A stretch of 64,000 nt of DNA from Moniliella sp. 'wahieum'. Taxonomy: Eukaryota. The translations under genes were made by a program, and so were the position numbers. The notes under the pieces were generated by a model. The model was not told the origin of the DNA. It was given only the letters and a program-made list of their open reading frames with translations, and made no database searches. This document shows positions 1 to 11,850 of this stretch, one piece after another (position 1 is the stretch's first letter; each line of letters begins with the position of its first letter). The stretch is taken from positions 1-64,000 of the forward strand of contig RSEE01000007.1 of the NCBI GenBank assembly GCA_003971905.1. The letters run 5' to 3'.

Positions 1-97
1 GAGAGAGTTATGCCGAGGCGATAGCTCGCTACGAAATCGTCCGCTCTATGCAGCATATGCCCTCCGTTTTCCCATCCGACGCCCCGTTCAAAAGTTA

Positions 98-306
98 CAC
101 CCACCCACCCTAACCCTCACCCCCTCACCCACCCCACCTAAACCAAACCCCCTCACCACCCCACCCTAACCTCACCCCCTCCCCACCCCACCCTAACCCT
201 CACCCCCCTCACCCACCCCACCCTAACCCTCACCCCCCTCACCCACCCACCCTAACCCTCACCCCCCTCACCACCCCCACCCTAACCCTCCCCCCTCACC
301 CACCCC
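98..306 (+). repeat. Telomere-variant tandem array, ~30-bp unit CCCTAACCCTCACCCCCCTCACCCACCCCA (~7 imperfect copies)
   Basis: Near-identical units at 191-220 and 221-250. The unit contains canonical CCCTAA plus CCCTCA/CCCA/CCCCA variants. The C-rich strand reads 5'->3' from the window start, as expected at a left chromosome end. Confidence 0.8.
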
Positions 307-331
307 ATGCCTGACACACCCCCCGACACAC

Positions 332-468
332 CAAGACCAGGCGTCGCATCACAGTGAGAGTGGTAGGGGTGGATAGCTACAGCCTTGGGCTACTCAAACT
401 AACTCACTCCCGTGGTCTTCCAGTCAAAAGTTGTCTCAACCTGAATGGGTGGGGTGGGCATGCCCTTG
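332..468. repeat. Subtelomeric direct repeat, copy 1 (~137 bp)
   Basis: Aligns by eye to 1012-1148 (offset 680); TACTCAAACTAACTCACTCCCGTGGTCTTCCAGTCAAAAGTTGTCTCAAC is identical in both. Confidence 0.9.
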
Positions 469-1011
469 AACCCTAAGTATCAGGTCGTACCCCAGGTTCA
501 ACTCCACCTCGGTCGGTCAATATTGGTCCGACCGGAATGAAACTATCAGGCCTTCTAGACCTCGGTAAGGACTAGAGGCTGCACGAAACAGATCTGGAAT
601 AGGTCGAGGTTTGAGCCCTGTAGGTCGAGTAGAGGGTGATGTCACCGGTCAGACTTCCCACGGACGGTACTCGGTCAGTATTGGTCCGATTGAGATCCGG
701 ACCGGTGCTATCGCTTCTCCTGACCCAGCTCTACACACTGAGGTACTTCGATTGTGTCCTGGGGTCGGCGTTGAAGGGTGATGTTCACTCAACGATATAC
801 GGTGACCGGTGATGTATGTCACCCACTTCTCTCCTATGACAGGTACCCGATTCCACAAGGTGATCATGGATCGGAATACTGTGAGCTCATCTACTGGACT
901 GGGACTAGTGCTGTGGGAAGTGGGAGCTGGAACGGGTCAGGTCCCAAGTTGGCATGGTCACATCCATCCTGGGTACTATGGGTGGGGTCAAGTTAGGGCG
1001 GCGCTGCCCAA

Positions 1012-1148
1012 CAAGGCCAGGCGTCGGATCGGAGTGAGAGTGGTATGGGTGGATAGCTACAGCCTTGTACTACTCAAACTAACTCACTCCCGTGGTCTTC
1101 CAGTCAAAAGTTGTCTCAACCCTGAATGGTGGGGTGGGCATGCCCTTG
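1012..1148. repeat. Subtelomeric direct repeat, copy 2
   Basis: Near-identical to 332-468. Confidence 0.9.
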
Positions 1149-1902
1149 TAACCATTAAGTGGTCCGGAGTAAGGTTAACACAGCCTTGGTCATGCGCATC
1201 GAGGCAAGAAACCCATGGCAGATGTCAAAGGTTGAAACCAATATCACACCAACAACAACACGAGGACGCAACACGAGAAACACATTAACAATTGCAAGCA
1301 AGTGTGGGACCATGCAGACCATGCCTCATAAGCTTTACCAGGTCCGGCGGTGGGCGCAAGTTCAGGCGTTACGACGGGGGTAAAGAACACGGTGTGCGAT
1401 AGCCGGAGATGCACACTAACGAAGACTCGGTTCACATCGTTGATGATTTCGATCTATTGCCGGAGTTTTCATGAAAAACCGTCGGCACAGCCATCAGCTC
1501 CATTTAATGCTCTTTCGCGCATCACTCTATGTCTGTAAATCTATATCCAATGCGTTCTACTCGCCTCAAGCGGTCTGAGATCGGAGATCTGATGCCGTTC
1601 AAGCTCCAAGATGTCCTGTTATAGTTACCTAGCGTGCTATATTAAGCTTATCAGCCCGCAAGCGGGTCCTGTCCCTCGGTGGCGGCGCCCGCATATTCGT
1701 CTCGGCGTGTAAGAGTGTACGGTCCGTGCACATACATATGTTTTTAGAGTATCCCGTGCTCCGAAGCGGGGGTGGCCTCTCAGCAAGTACAACTGCCCAC
1801 AAAGTATATATTCCCCGCCACCAGTAGTGCAGAGCACAACATCCCACCCCACCCTCGCCTCCCCACGCATAGCCTTCACACATTGCACTTCTCCCGCCTA
1901 CC

Positions 1903-2962
1903 ATGCCCCTCCCGCAACGCAAGATCGGCACGACGTCCGTACCCAGTTTGGGTGCCGGTCTGATGTCTTTGGCCGCCTTCTATGGCGCGCCCAAGGCCGA
2001 ACCTGAGGTTGACGCCGTCATGGCCCACCTCATCAAACAAGGTGTCACACATATCGACACGAGCAACTCCTACAGCACGCGCCCGTCGTTGGGAGAGAAT
2101 GAGGAGCAGATCGGTTCATTTTTCAACCGGCATCCCGAGGCCCGCGACCAATTTTTCGTAGCAACCAAACATATGTTTACTATCGCCGAAGACCGCACCA
2201 GAGGAGTTGCTACTCCTTCTATTGAGTACACGATTCATTCACTGGATGACTCCCTCCAACGCCTGCATACCGACCATGTGGACATCTTTTATGCCCACCG
2301 TGCAGTGCAGCCCATCGAGCCCACACTCGAAGGATTGAAGGCACTCAAGGCTGCAGGTAAAACCAAGTACGTGGGCGTGTCTGAATATACGCTGGAGCAA
2401 TTGGGCGCGCCGAGAAAATTGTCCACATTGATGCGCTCCAGGTCGAGGCCAGTCTGTTTACACCTAACATATTCTACAATGGCATCTACGAATGGGCGAA
2501 AAAGAACGGCACCGCGATCGTCGCGTACTCGCCGCTTGGACGCGGCTTCCTCACGGGCCACATCAAGTCCCGGGATGATTTTGTGTCGGATGACTATCGT
2601 ATCCACAGCCCACGTTTCAGCGAGGAAAACTTCCCCAAGAACTTTGTTCTGGTTGACAAAGTCAAGGCGGTGTGTACGATCCCACACTCAATAACCAGAC
2701 GCCATTACTGACGGATGAATTACAGATTGCAGACAAGTTGGGCTACACTCCTGGACAGGTGGCACTCGCTTGGCTCTTGGCACAGGGAGATGATGTGCTA
2801 CCCATCCCGGGATCAACCAACATCCAGCACATTGATGAGAATGTGGCGGCAGCAACGATCACTCTCTCAAAGGAAGAGCTGAAGGAAATCAATAACGTAC
2901 TTGCTACGTTTACAGCCGAGGGCGAGCGCTACGCGACGAACGTGCTGACGCTGTCGTTCTAA
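1903..2962 (+). CDS. Aldo-keto reductase (YakC/pyridoxal-reductase-like)
   Basis: LGAGLMSL, IDTSNSY, FVATK, SLQRLHTDHVDIFYAHR, GKTKYVGVSE and QVALAWLLAQG..PIPGS motifs. Frameshift near 2400; intron 2670-2725 (GTGTGT..TACTGAC..TACAG). Confidence 0.92.
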
Positions 2963-3383
2963 TGTTGTGAACGACCTTTAGAGTAACCACTCATGGGCGG
3001 GCACACATAACAATCGATTCAATGTCCTTTTTTGAATACCCTCTCAAGGAGCCACAGCTAGTACCGAGTCAACAGCTATGTAAGAGATCGGCAACCACTA
3101 CATTGCCAGACTGTCGCGCTCACCAAATACACAACGTAGAACCTTTGCAGCACCTGAGGCCTGATGGGCTTCTTGGCGTGTGCAAAGAACGGTATGATGG
3201 AGAAGAGGTAAGACTGAGGAGGGTGGAGGGAAATCAGACTTAACCCACGTACAGCTCTTCCTGCACCATAGAGCATCAGCATCATTCGCATTCTGATCGG
3301 ATCGCGAGTCGAGTATATGAGTTCAATCGAGGAGTAACATGCACGATGGTGCGAGGGAGGGCTGTTTGCCGAGTGGCATGGGC

Positions 3384-5310
3384 TTAGGCTTCCCTTGAGG
3401 CTGGTGCGTGCATAGCCGCCTCCTCGGCGGCGGCGGCGGCAAGCAGCGGCGCGAGGCCCGACAAGACGGGCTCCTCAGCATCATGTGTTTCCAACATGGA
3501 GGGAGCAAACTGCTCATGGGCGGAGGAAGGTTGCGGCACTTTGAGTTGGGCCAATAGGTCCGCAACCCTGCCCACACTATGCTCCTGGCCTGGGGCCACG
3601 GTACGAGCCAAGTAAGAGAGCATGGCTGGCGATGTTACGCCCTGCACGGCGCAAGGTAAACGGTGATCGAGCACGCTCCATGGGGTTGATTGGTCTTCAG
3701 AAGATGCGTGCGTCGGGTTGTCGACCTCAGCTCCTTCGTCGGTTCCGTCGGGGAATCCGTCCCCATTACCATCCTTGCACACTTTCCTTCACCCATGAAA
3801 GTTGTGCTGCATGTCCCACGCCAATCGACCGAGGGGGATGACGCAGACACACCCTTGCTGTTCGACCCTTCATCGCGCTGGTTGAGATGTGGTCCACATC
3901 CAGCTGCCTCCGAGTGGTTGTGGAGGAAGGCGGGAAGAATCCCTCTTGGGTTAAGCGCTGCGTGACGACCGCACGAGCTCGCTGGTCCCGGCTTAGTGAA
4001 ATGGGGGGGGAAGTCGGAGACGTGGATTGTTGATAGACGCGCATCTTACCCCAGCGTGCGCGCTGCACGTCCGATTCGGCCTTGGTGCATAGCCAGTTGT
4101 CCGGCACGAAGGCGGGCGAGCGTGAGGGCCCACATGCCGAAGGGGGCAGAATGGCCCAGGCCGAGGCCAAAGCAGGAATGGGTACTGGTCGCCGCTGAGA
4201 CGCCTGTTCTACACCCTTGTCTTCCTTTCCCAAAACGAAAGGGACAGAAGGCGAGGAGGAAGGTACAGGGGAATATTCTTCACCACGATCCGGGGGCAGG
4301 GCAGGAGAGTGGTGGTGGGAAAGGGTATAGAGAACAGCGTTGACCTGTTCGCTTGTTGAAATGCCCCCTCTATCACGGCGACTCGAGACTGAATCTAACC
4401 CCCTGTGCACCCATTCGGGAAGATGACCCAACGCGGCCAAAACATCGGCTTCGATGGGGATTGGCCAAGCACGTCCGATGCGGTGGCGAAAATCTGAGGG
4501 GGGCAGAGAGGGAGACGGGGGGGCATGGCCAAGCCCAGGGACCGGACGGTGAGGAACAAGCCCATCGGGTTCACCTGCATGTAAGACCGTCTCGTCCAAA
4601 ACGGGGGGAGCTGTAGCCCAAAATATGTAGAGAAGAAAGAGGACGATGGACGCGTTGAGTACCGGCTCAGTGGGGAAACCACGATTGGAGGGCGCAGTCG
4701 ATAGGGGAGCAGGGGGACAAAGACATGATAGTCTCATCCAGATGAGACGCCAGGCGCCGAACCAAGTCGCGAGTGAGCGTGTCATAAAAAGAACGGCGGG
4801 TGGCTGGGTCTTCCCCGACGGCCACATGCACATACGCCCAGCCGGCGGCCCGCCATTGGTGCTCGACAAGGTGAAGGAGCGACGGCAGCTCTGGGCCGGG
4901 TGCGCCATTCCACTGCGCTCGGCATTGGTCCAGCAGAGCATCTAGGTCGGAACGCAGGCGCGTCAGAAACAGGGAGCTAGTGGACAGGCGCGGGAAGGCA
5001 GTCGTGGAGAGGGAAGCATTGACCTTGGGCCCTTGCGTTGCCGCCCCCTCTCGTTTGCGCTTTGTGCGGGTTCGAGCAGCAAACGAAGGGGGAGCTGCGC
5101 TGGTGGAGGGGTCCGAGCCGGGGTGCGTACGTGGCCAACAGTCAGGGAGGAGCCAAAGCCACGCTGGGCAAAGGGCATGCCCGAGATGGAGGCGAGCTCA
5201 AGGGCTGTTGCGTACGGGACATGCTCGTCCGGCACGGAGGAGGCGGAGAAAAGAGGCGGTGGGATGGACTGCTCGCGTTCGGACTCGAGGCCTGCCGCAC
5301 TGGTGGCCAT
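3384..5310 (-). CDS. Putative snRNA-activating protein complex subunit 1 (SNAPC1/SNAP43-like); several frameshifts
   Basis: Joined minus frames give LDALLDQCRAQW..LVEHQWRAAGWAYVH..RRSFYDTL.RDLVRRL / IVLFLLYIFWATAPP / IPIEADVLAAL..AVLYTL..WAILP, which resembles the SNAP43 N-terminal domain as I recall it. Recognition by eye only. Confidence 0.45.
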
Positions 5311-5818
5311 GCGGCCGGGAAGAGGAGGGGTAGGCAGCAGCAGAGATGATGGCCGGCAGACGCCATCGCCCAAATCCGCAATCAGTCCAATCCAATTCAA
5401 TCCAATCGGGCGCCGCGTCTGAAATCTTTCACATAGCGAGCTGCGCTGCCCGCTTGGAGACGCCGATTTCAAATGGATTCTCGAGACCAGCTAGTGTCAC
5501 GGCTCCATATTACAAGTCGCTTGGCTTCGGTGCCTGCCGCGAATGGCAGCATACACACTCGCACGCATCCGCCATCTTCCCACCAAGCGCCGACCTGCCC
5601 TACCCACAACCTACCCACAAAACACTGCATCTGCCCGAAGAGAATCAGTCGTAAGACCCTAGTGAAGTCTAAATCAGTGTCCTACCTCTCGTAAACGATG
5701 GAAATACAGCCATAATCATGCAATCAGAGATATGAGAGGGGCTTTTTGATGCCCGCCGCGAGGGGTTAGACGGGGGCTCAACAACGAAAATACCTCGATC
5801 CGCCTCCTTGCCTCCTTC

Positions 5819-6931
5819 TTACTGCGTCTTCTTGTCCTCTTCACGCTCCACAGCCGAATCGGGGAGGTTATCCGCAACCTGCTTGGCACGGAACTTGGCC
5901 TTGATCACGTCGAGCATGGGGTCGTCCTTCTCCATGGGCTGACGGTAGGATCCTCCAAGTCGGTCAAAGCCAGTAAAGTACTGTCCATAGTTGACAGTAA
6001 AGGCCATGTGGTGCAGGGTATGGTGGGCCGGACCGTTAATGACCTTCTCGAAGCGGGTGTTGGTGATCATGTCACTGTCGTGAATCAAGATACTCCACAT
6101 GTTTACAAAGCCAAAGAGGCCCATGTAGAGCATCTTGTGCAAAGGAAATAGGTACACGAAAATGTGGTAGGGCAAAGACTGGTTGTATCCATCGAGTGTG
6201 GTGGAATGCGTGCGAGGCAAAGGGTGTGGGCACAATCCACTTGTGGTGCGGCTTGTGCAGCCAGTAATAGACCGAGGGGTGGTGTTCCAGTCGGTGGACC
6301 CAGTAGATGCAAAAGTCGGTAAACACAAGGAACCAGACAATGGAGAAGAATACGTATGTCCATCCGCCCAGCCCCCAAGGCTTGTCGGCCCATGGACCCT
6401 CGGAGATGGAAGAATACAACTTGGAATGGCCGTTCACCTCGCCAAGGAACCACGGCACGGTGAGGAGGTCAAGTACTGGAAACGCCGCCAGGGACGAGCG
6501 AATTTCACGCATGACTTGATTGGGCAAGAAACGAGGATGCCGCATCATCTCCCTGTTGTACACCCATTGGAAACTGGCCCAAGCCATGCTGAAGTAAAGC
6601 GCTAGGATTCCAATGTAGGTGAGTGTATAGAGCGAAATGCATTGCCGGATCCAGTTGGATCGAGGCAATGCACTCAAACCCGAAACCTTCCCCCAGTCAA
6701 GCGCACCCTGGAGCGCAGAAGCCCCATTGGCCCTGTGGAAGTAAGGAGCTTGGTGCCATTTATAGCAGCTGGTGATGCGGAAAGAGCAGCTTGAGTACGT
6801 TCATCGCGAACAAACGCCTGCAGTAGCTTGGGGCTACGAGCGAATATAGGGGATTGGGGTGTGGCCGGGAGGAGTCGTGCGTAAAGCGAGTCGAGTAGAT
6901 ACTCGTCAGCGGTCGCAAGAAGAACGTCCAT
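5819..6931 (-). CDS. ERG3: C-5 sterol desaturase (lathosterol oxidase)
   Basis: Start MDVLLATADEYLLDSLY; HPRFLPNQV; histidine boxes HRLEH, HKPHH, IHD, HHTLHH; NYGQYFT..DRLGGSYRQP. Frameshifts near 6680 and 6200. Confidence 0.95.
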
Positions 6932-8071
6932 GATGAGGCTGAAGCAAGTGTGTGGACCACGTTCCGGCGCTGGTAAGGCCAACACAAAAAGACAAAGAGA
7001 AGGTGTTGAAGACGGACTGCGCTTCCGCGAGGTGGATGGTCGCGGTGGAGGAAAGGCGAGAAGGCGAAGGTGGTGGGGAAAGTAGGATGGAGGTGGTGAG
7101 CCAGTAACTGGTGGATATAGATGAACGAGCAGGATCGGCGCTTCCAGTGCAAACTCTGGCCATTGGCGAGATTAATTAAAAGAGACTGGATGGTCTGACG
7201 TTCGAGGCTTGAGATACACTGCCCCCCTTGCACCCTACCCCGCGCGCTTCAACATTGGTGGGCGAACGAGTGGCGCCGACAATAATAACCTGGCCTATTT
7301 TCGAGAGGTCGCAATCGCCCCATCTGGCAGCGGCCAGGACCTCCACCGCAGCCCCGGTCAGAGTGGTGATATGCTGACACAATGACACATCGTGTCATGC
7401 TAACAGTGCTGTACTACAGCACCCATCAGGTGGATACGCGCTAGCTAGTCAACGTACTTGTGCGGTTTGGCAGTGCGTCCCTGATGCGTCCACTGTGGCG
7501 GCCTGACCGGCTGACCAATGTAGGACGCATGTGGGTCCAACCCCCGCCGCCGATAATCGATAACCGGTAACCCACAGTAGGCCCCAATGGCCCTATTGGG
7601 TCCTCAACAACAACTGAGGAGAGCAATTTCGCAGCATCCAAATTCAATGTGGACGAGACTGCGCTTGTTCGGGCGGCGTGACGTGGAGGCCAGAGGCTGC
7701 GACGGGCAGGCTAGTAAGGCTTACTTGAGCGTTGACGTTGACGCTCAAGAAACCAACCGAGGAAGACCTGCTGCCGCCTCTGCGAGCGAGGAGCGTTGGT
7801 TGAGCAAGGAGAGAGACTTAGCTACAAAGGTTTGCCGTGCTTGTGGTTACATGTTGTTGGCCGTTGGCAACAGCGGCACCACCCGCCTGGCCCGACCTTC
7901 CAGCTTCAATTACGGGTCGATCTGGGGCGGAATGGGCGGAATGGAGACAGCGCGGAATGAAGGAGGCGGATGAGCATCACGTGCTGACGACTCCTGTGGC
8001 TCACGATTGCCTTCATCTTAGCCCAACGGACCTTGCTTCTTTCCTCGCCTGTCTCCTGGTGCCAGGAGAGG

Positions 8072-8557
8072 ATGCGCTCTGTGCTCTGCTCTGCCGTACT
8101 TACCTCCCCGCGCCTGTCGCTTTTCCTTCCCGCTCGGACGGTTTCTGCCTTCCTACCGGCCCTGCCTGCACCTGCGCACCTCACCGCCCCCGTGCGCTTC
8201 ATCTCTCACTCGCTCCCCACGATGTCCGTCGAGGCTTCGATGCAACACAAGCTGACCGCTCAGTTCGGAGAGCGTGTCAAGATCCGCAACGACAGTCACC
8301 TGCATGCTCATCACGCGGCTATGGTTGCTGCCCGTGCTGCTGGCCACCCAGGCGCGACCGGCGAAGGCGGCCGGATCGAAACCCACTTCTTTGTGGAGGT
8401 GGTGTCAGACCAGTTCCAGGGAATGCCCACCATCAAGCGTCACCGTGCCGTCAACACTATTCTTCAGGACGAGTTTGATGCGGGCCTGCACGCCCTCAGC
8501 TTGCGCCTCAAAACACCTGCCGAAGTGGACCGCGAGCAATCGCCCATGCAGCAATGA
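8072..8557 (+). CDS. BolA-family protein with probable mitochondrial presequence
   Basis: IRNDSHLHAHH, ETHFFVEVVSDQFQG, RHRAVNTILQDEF..GLHALSLRLKTP. The in-frame ATG at 8072 gives an Arg/Ser/Leu-rich N-terminus; alternative ATG at 8222. Confidence 0.92.
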   Translation: MRSVLCSAVLTSPRLSLFLPARTVSAFLPALPAPAHLTAPVRFISHSLPTMSVEASMQHKLTAQFGERVKIRNDSHLHAHHAAMVAARAAGHPGATGEGGRIETHFFVEVVSDQFQGMPTIKRHRAVNTILQDEFDAGLHALSLRLKTPAEVDREQSPMQQ

Positions 8558-9597
8558 AGACCCGCACCGCTGCTAAAGGTTGGAGATTCAATGGCTCTCT
8601 CCCCAAGGCATGTCAGCGCGGCATCCTTTTCGCTTCGCTAGATTGCTTTCTCAAAACTCTTTTGGGGACCAATGGATCAATGGACATTTCGGTCCCAGTT
8701 GGAACGATTTGCAATGAGGATGCGATCGGGTGCCAACTGTGCGCTAAATCCCCCGAGTGGACGAAGACAGACGAAACGTTATTGCAATGCACAGAATAGA
8801 TGCGCACGCGGTCTCATGATCCTCTTCAGCTCTCTACAACTGGGCTAAAAGCCATACCTTTAAACATACCGGACGCCTGAACCTGGCAATAACCCCGAGG
8901 GCGGTAACTCTATAGCAACAGTAAATTGGTTTGGCATGCAGTGTCAAATTGCAGGAAGTAGGAGAAGAAATGTGGGGACATTGGGTGATGTGAAAAAGCT
9001 TGGGGCAGAAGCACCAATTCACGACCTTTTTGTCCCTCTTCGCATCCAAGGCGTGTTTTGGGCAACTTTTGACCCGGCCCGTCATGGCTTCAATCGACCT
9101 CCATCGACCCGCAACACGAGGAAGAGGGGAGGAGAGCGAGAAACTCGGGGCGAGCTTCGAAAGTGCCGACTCGCATGTCTCGCTGACTAGTAGTAGAACG
9201 CACCACAGAACTGGTAAGTAAATAATAGGACAGACCATCCTCCTTAGGAGGCGTGCATGGGTGGCGGGAGGCCAGCACCAGCGACGCGCAGGTGTGAGGA
9301 AGCGTGGTAGTAGTGGTGGTGCATGTGAGGCTGGTGCGTTTTGCAGAAGAATCGGCCATCCTGCTCGTTTTATTGTCGAAAAGAGAATGTGGAGGCACAA
9401 GAGACTTGCGAACCCTAGCGCCCATCAACCTGATTGCAGTGTCCAATGTTGCCGCAGTAGGCCAAACCGCGCCGACCGGGGGACCGGTGACCGGTGACCA
9501 ACAGAGACGACGGTCGTCGACCTCCCGACCCTCGTCACGTGGTGTGCCCTCCACATCGCGCATCTCACGTGCACGTTGCACACGTATCTCGTGAATC

Positions 9598-10815
9598 TCA
9601 TGCATCATGCATCATGCATCATGCGCGACGCGAGTGACACGTGACGTGAGTCACTAGCTCAAGCGAGTCCCCAGCAAGTCAGTTAATGCATGTGCATGAG
9701 CGCCATGGGCGCTTTGGGCATACGATCTACGACCTCGTGACCGGTGGCCGGTGGCCGGGCACCAGTGATGCAGCTGATGCAGTGACGTCGTCGGTAACAT
9801 TAGGCATCACCCGTCACGCGTCACGCGTCACTCATGAACGCGTAACGCGTAAGGCGCAAAGGTCAACGCGTTACGCGTTAACGCTTAACGTGTAATGCTT
9901 GGCGCTTGATGCGGAACCAGGCTTGAAACATAGCGTCTAACGTTTAACGTTTAACGTTTTAACCTCGGCCTCATTCATCATGCATCAGCGCCATCAGCGC
10001 ATCAGCTTAAACCGGTAGGGCCGGTAACTCCGGTAGCTGGTAACCGGTAACCGGTAAGCCTTACCACTAGGCTGTAACTGCAACCGATAATCGAATGGCC
10101 GCCACGGCCGGTAAATGCTACCAAGCGCTAAGCTGCAACGGGGACGCTGGAACCGGCAATGTTCGGAGATGCTGAAATTCCCTCAGGCCCTCAGCGCCAG
10201 CGCCTCAGCTCAGCGCTCAGGCTCAGCCTTCAACCGGAGACCGGTGAAGCTGAAGCTTGAAGCTTGAAGCTCTTGAAGAGCTTGAAGCTTAAAGCTTAAA
10301 GCTTGAAGCTAGCGAAGTTTCAAGCTTCACGCGTCACCGGTCACCGTCACCAATCACGCTTCAAGAATTTATGCAGTGATCTCAGCGCCTCAGCGCCTCA
10401 GCGCCTCAGCTCCGAGATGTCAGATCTCAGGATCTCAGAAGCGTTAACGTACTGAGAGCGTCCAAGACCCCCGACTAAGTTCTGGGACAGAGTGGCACCG
10501 GGATCTGAGAACTGACTTGGATTTGTTGGGTCCGCCGCCGCGGCAGATGGCCGGTGGACATTGGACAGGCCATTGCACAAATCCCAACATTCGACGCACG
10601 TTGAACGTACCGAGAACTGAGCCCTGGGGCCTCCTGAGTAAGTACTGGACGTACTGAACTGAGTACGCAGTGAGATCCTGTGCGGTACGTTACATGCTAC
10701 GCACTACTATGCAGAGCAGGCTGCAGCCGAATTGGGGCGCTGCGTGTGCAGGTGACCGGCCTGACACCAGTGACTAGTAGCTAGTAACTATAAGTAACTC
10801 GTAACCGGTGACCAC
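9598..10815. repeat. Patch of heptad TNA-[4-bp palindrome]-TNA micro-repeats (patch 1)
   Basis: TCA(TGCA)TCA x3 at 9598-9621; TCA(CGCG)TCA x2 9814-9830; TTA(ACGT)TTA 9944-9953; TAA(CCGG)TAA x2 10041-10057; TGA(AGCT)TGA x2 10251-10267; TCA-AGCT-TCA-CGCG-TCA-CCGG-TCA 10320-10343. Confidence 0.9.
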
Positions 10816-11850
10816 GGGGAGGAACGCCGTATGCGCGGTATGCGCCCTGGGGCGGCCGAATGCCCAGCGTACGTAGGTGGCACCAGCACCCAGCCTGCTG
10901 CGTCGAACCATATGGCGCAGGGAGACAGGGCGCAGCCAGGCGAAACACCGGGGCACAGTGGAGGCAGCGCCTTTGAATCGGGTGTTGCCGGCGCACGCTC
11001 CATGGCACTGCTGCAGCGGGCAGCATGGCGCTAGTGTCGGTGGACCCTCGCACCAGGCCACTCCTGCAGGGCCCAGACCCGCCGAGTCGTCCAAATCACT
11101 CCGGGTGGGGGGGGCGGGCAGGGCAGCAGTGTGCGCTGCTGGGTGTGCGCCTGGCAGCCCGAGCAGGGCGATGGGATGCGTGAGACTCATCGCTGCGCTG
11201 CACGGAGCGGCGGGGGGCTGGGCAGGCGTGCCGGCTGCGTCGCTGAGCAGCAGCTGCGAAAGCCACCAACGCGCAGCAGCCCGCGCGGCGTCGCGGCTGG
11301 GCTGGTTGGGCTGGGCTGGCTCTGGCACACTCGCCCTGCGCGGGCGCGGGCAGCGTGCACCCTCGCGCCGGCGGTGTCTGCGACGTGGCAGCCAGGGCCA
11401 CCGGCATGCGGGCTGTGTCGCGCGCTGGTTGGAACACACCGCGTGCGTGTGCCCGGCGCACAGCCCGCCAGTGCCGCGCCCTGCACCACCCAGCCCGCTG
11501 TGTGTGCCCGGGTGCCACGGGGGACAGGCACACGAGGCTGCTTCAGCGCGGGTGCTGCTGCCCCGCACGGGGCCAGTGCCAGCCCGCCGCCCAGCGGGCC
11601 CTGGCGCCGCACGCACGCGGGCAGTGTGCGGCGCCTCTAGCAAATTTCGGACGGCCCCTCGGCCCCACCCGCACCAGCGGCGGCCACACTGCCCGCGTGC
11701 GCCGCCCTCGCCCCGCCCGCCCGCTGCGGCCCGGCGCCCGATGCTTCTCACACAGCAGTGCGACCCAGCCCGGCTGAATCTGACAGCGCTGGTCTTGGAT
11801 CCGTCGCCCGTCTTGCTTCGTCCTCTCCGCCTCCTCCCCCCACACGCGCC

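Noticed and set aside
9598..10815. CRISPR array or synthetic polylinker explanation for the restriction-site-rich patches
   Set aside because: There is no constant repeat with unique spacers. The sites are degenerate, tandem and scattered over six genomic locations with no vector sequence.
10849..11658. Possible MITE with TIRs GGGGCGGCCGAA / TTCGGACGGCCCC
   Set aside because: The match is short and imperfect in GC-rich sequence, and the flanks show no target-site duplication.
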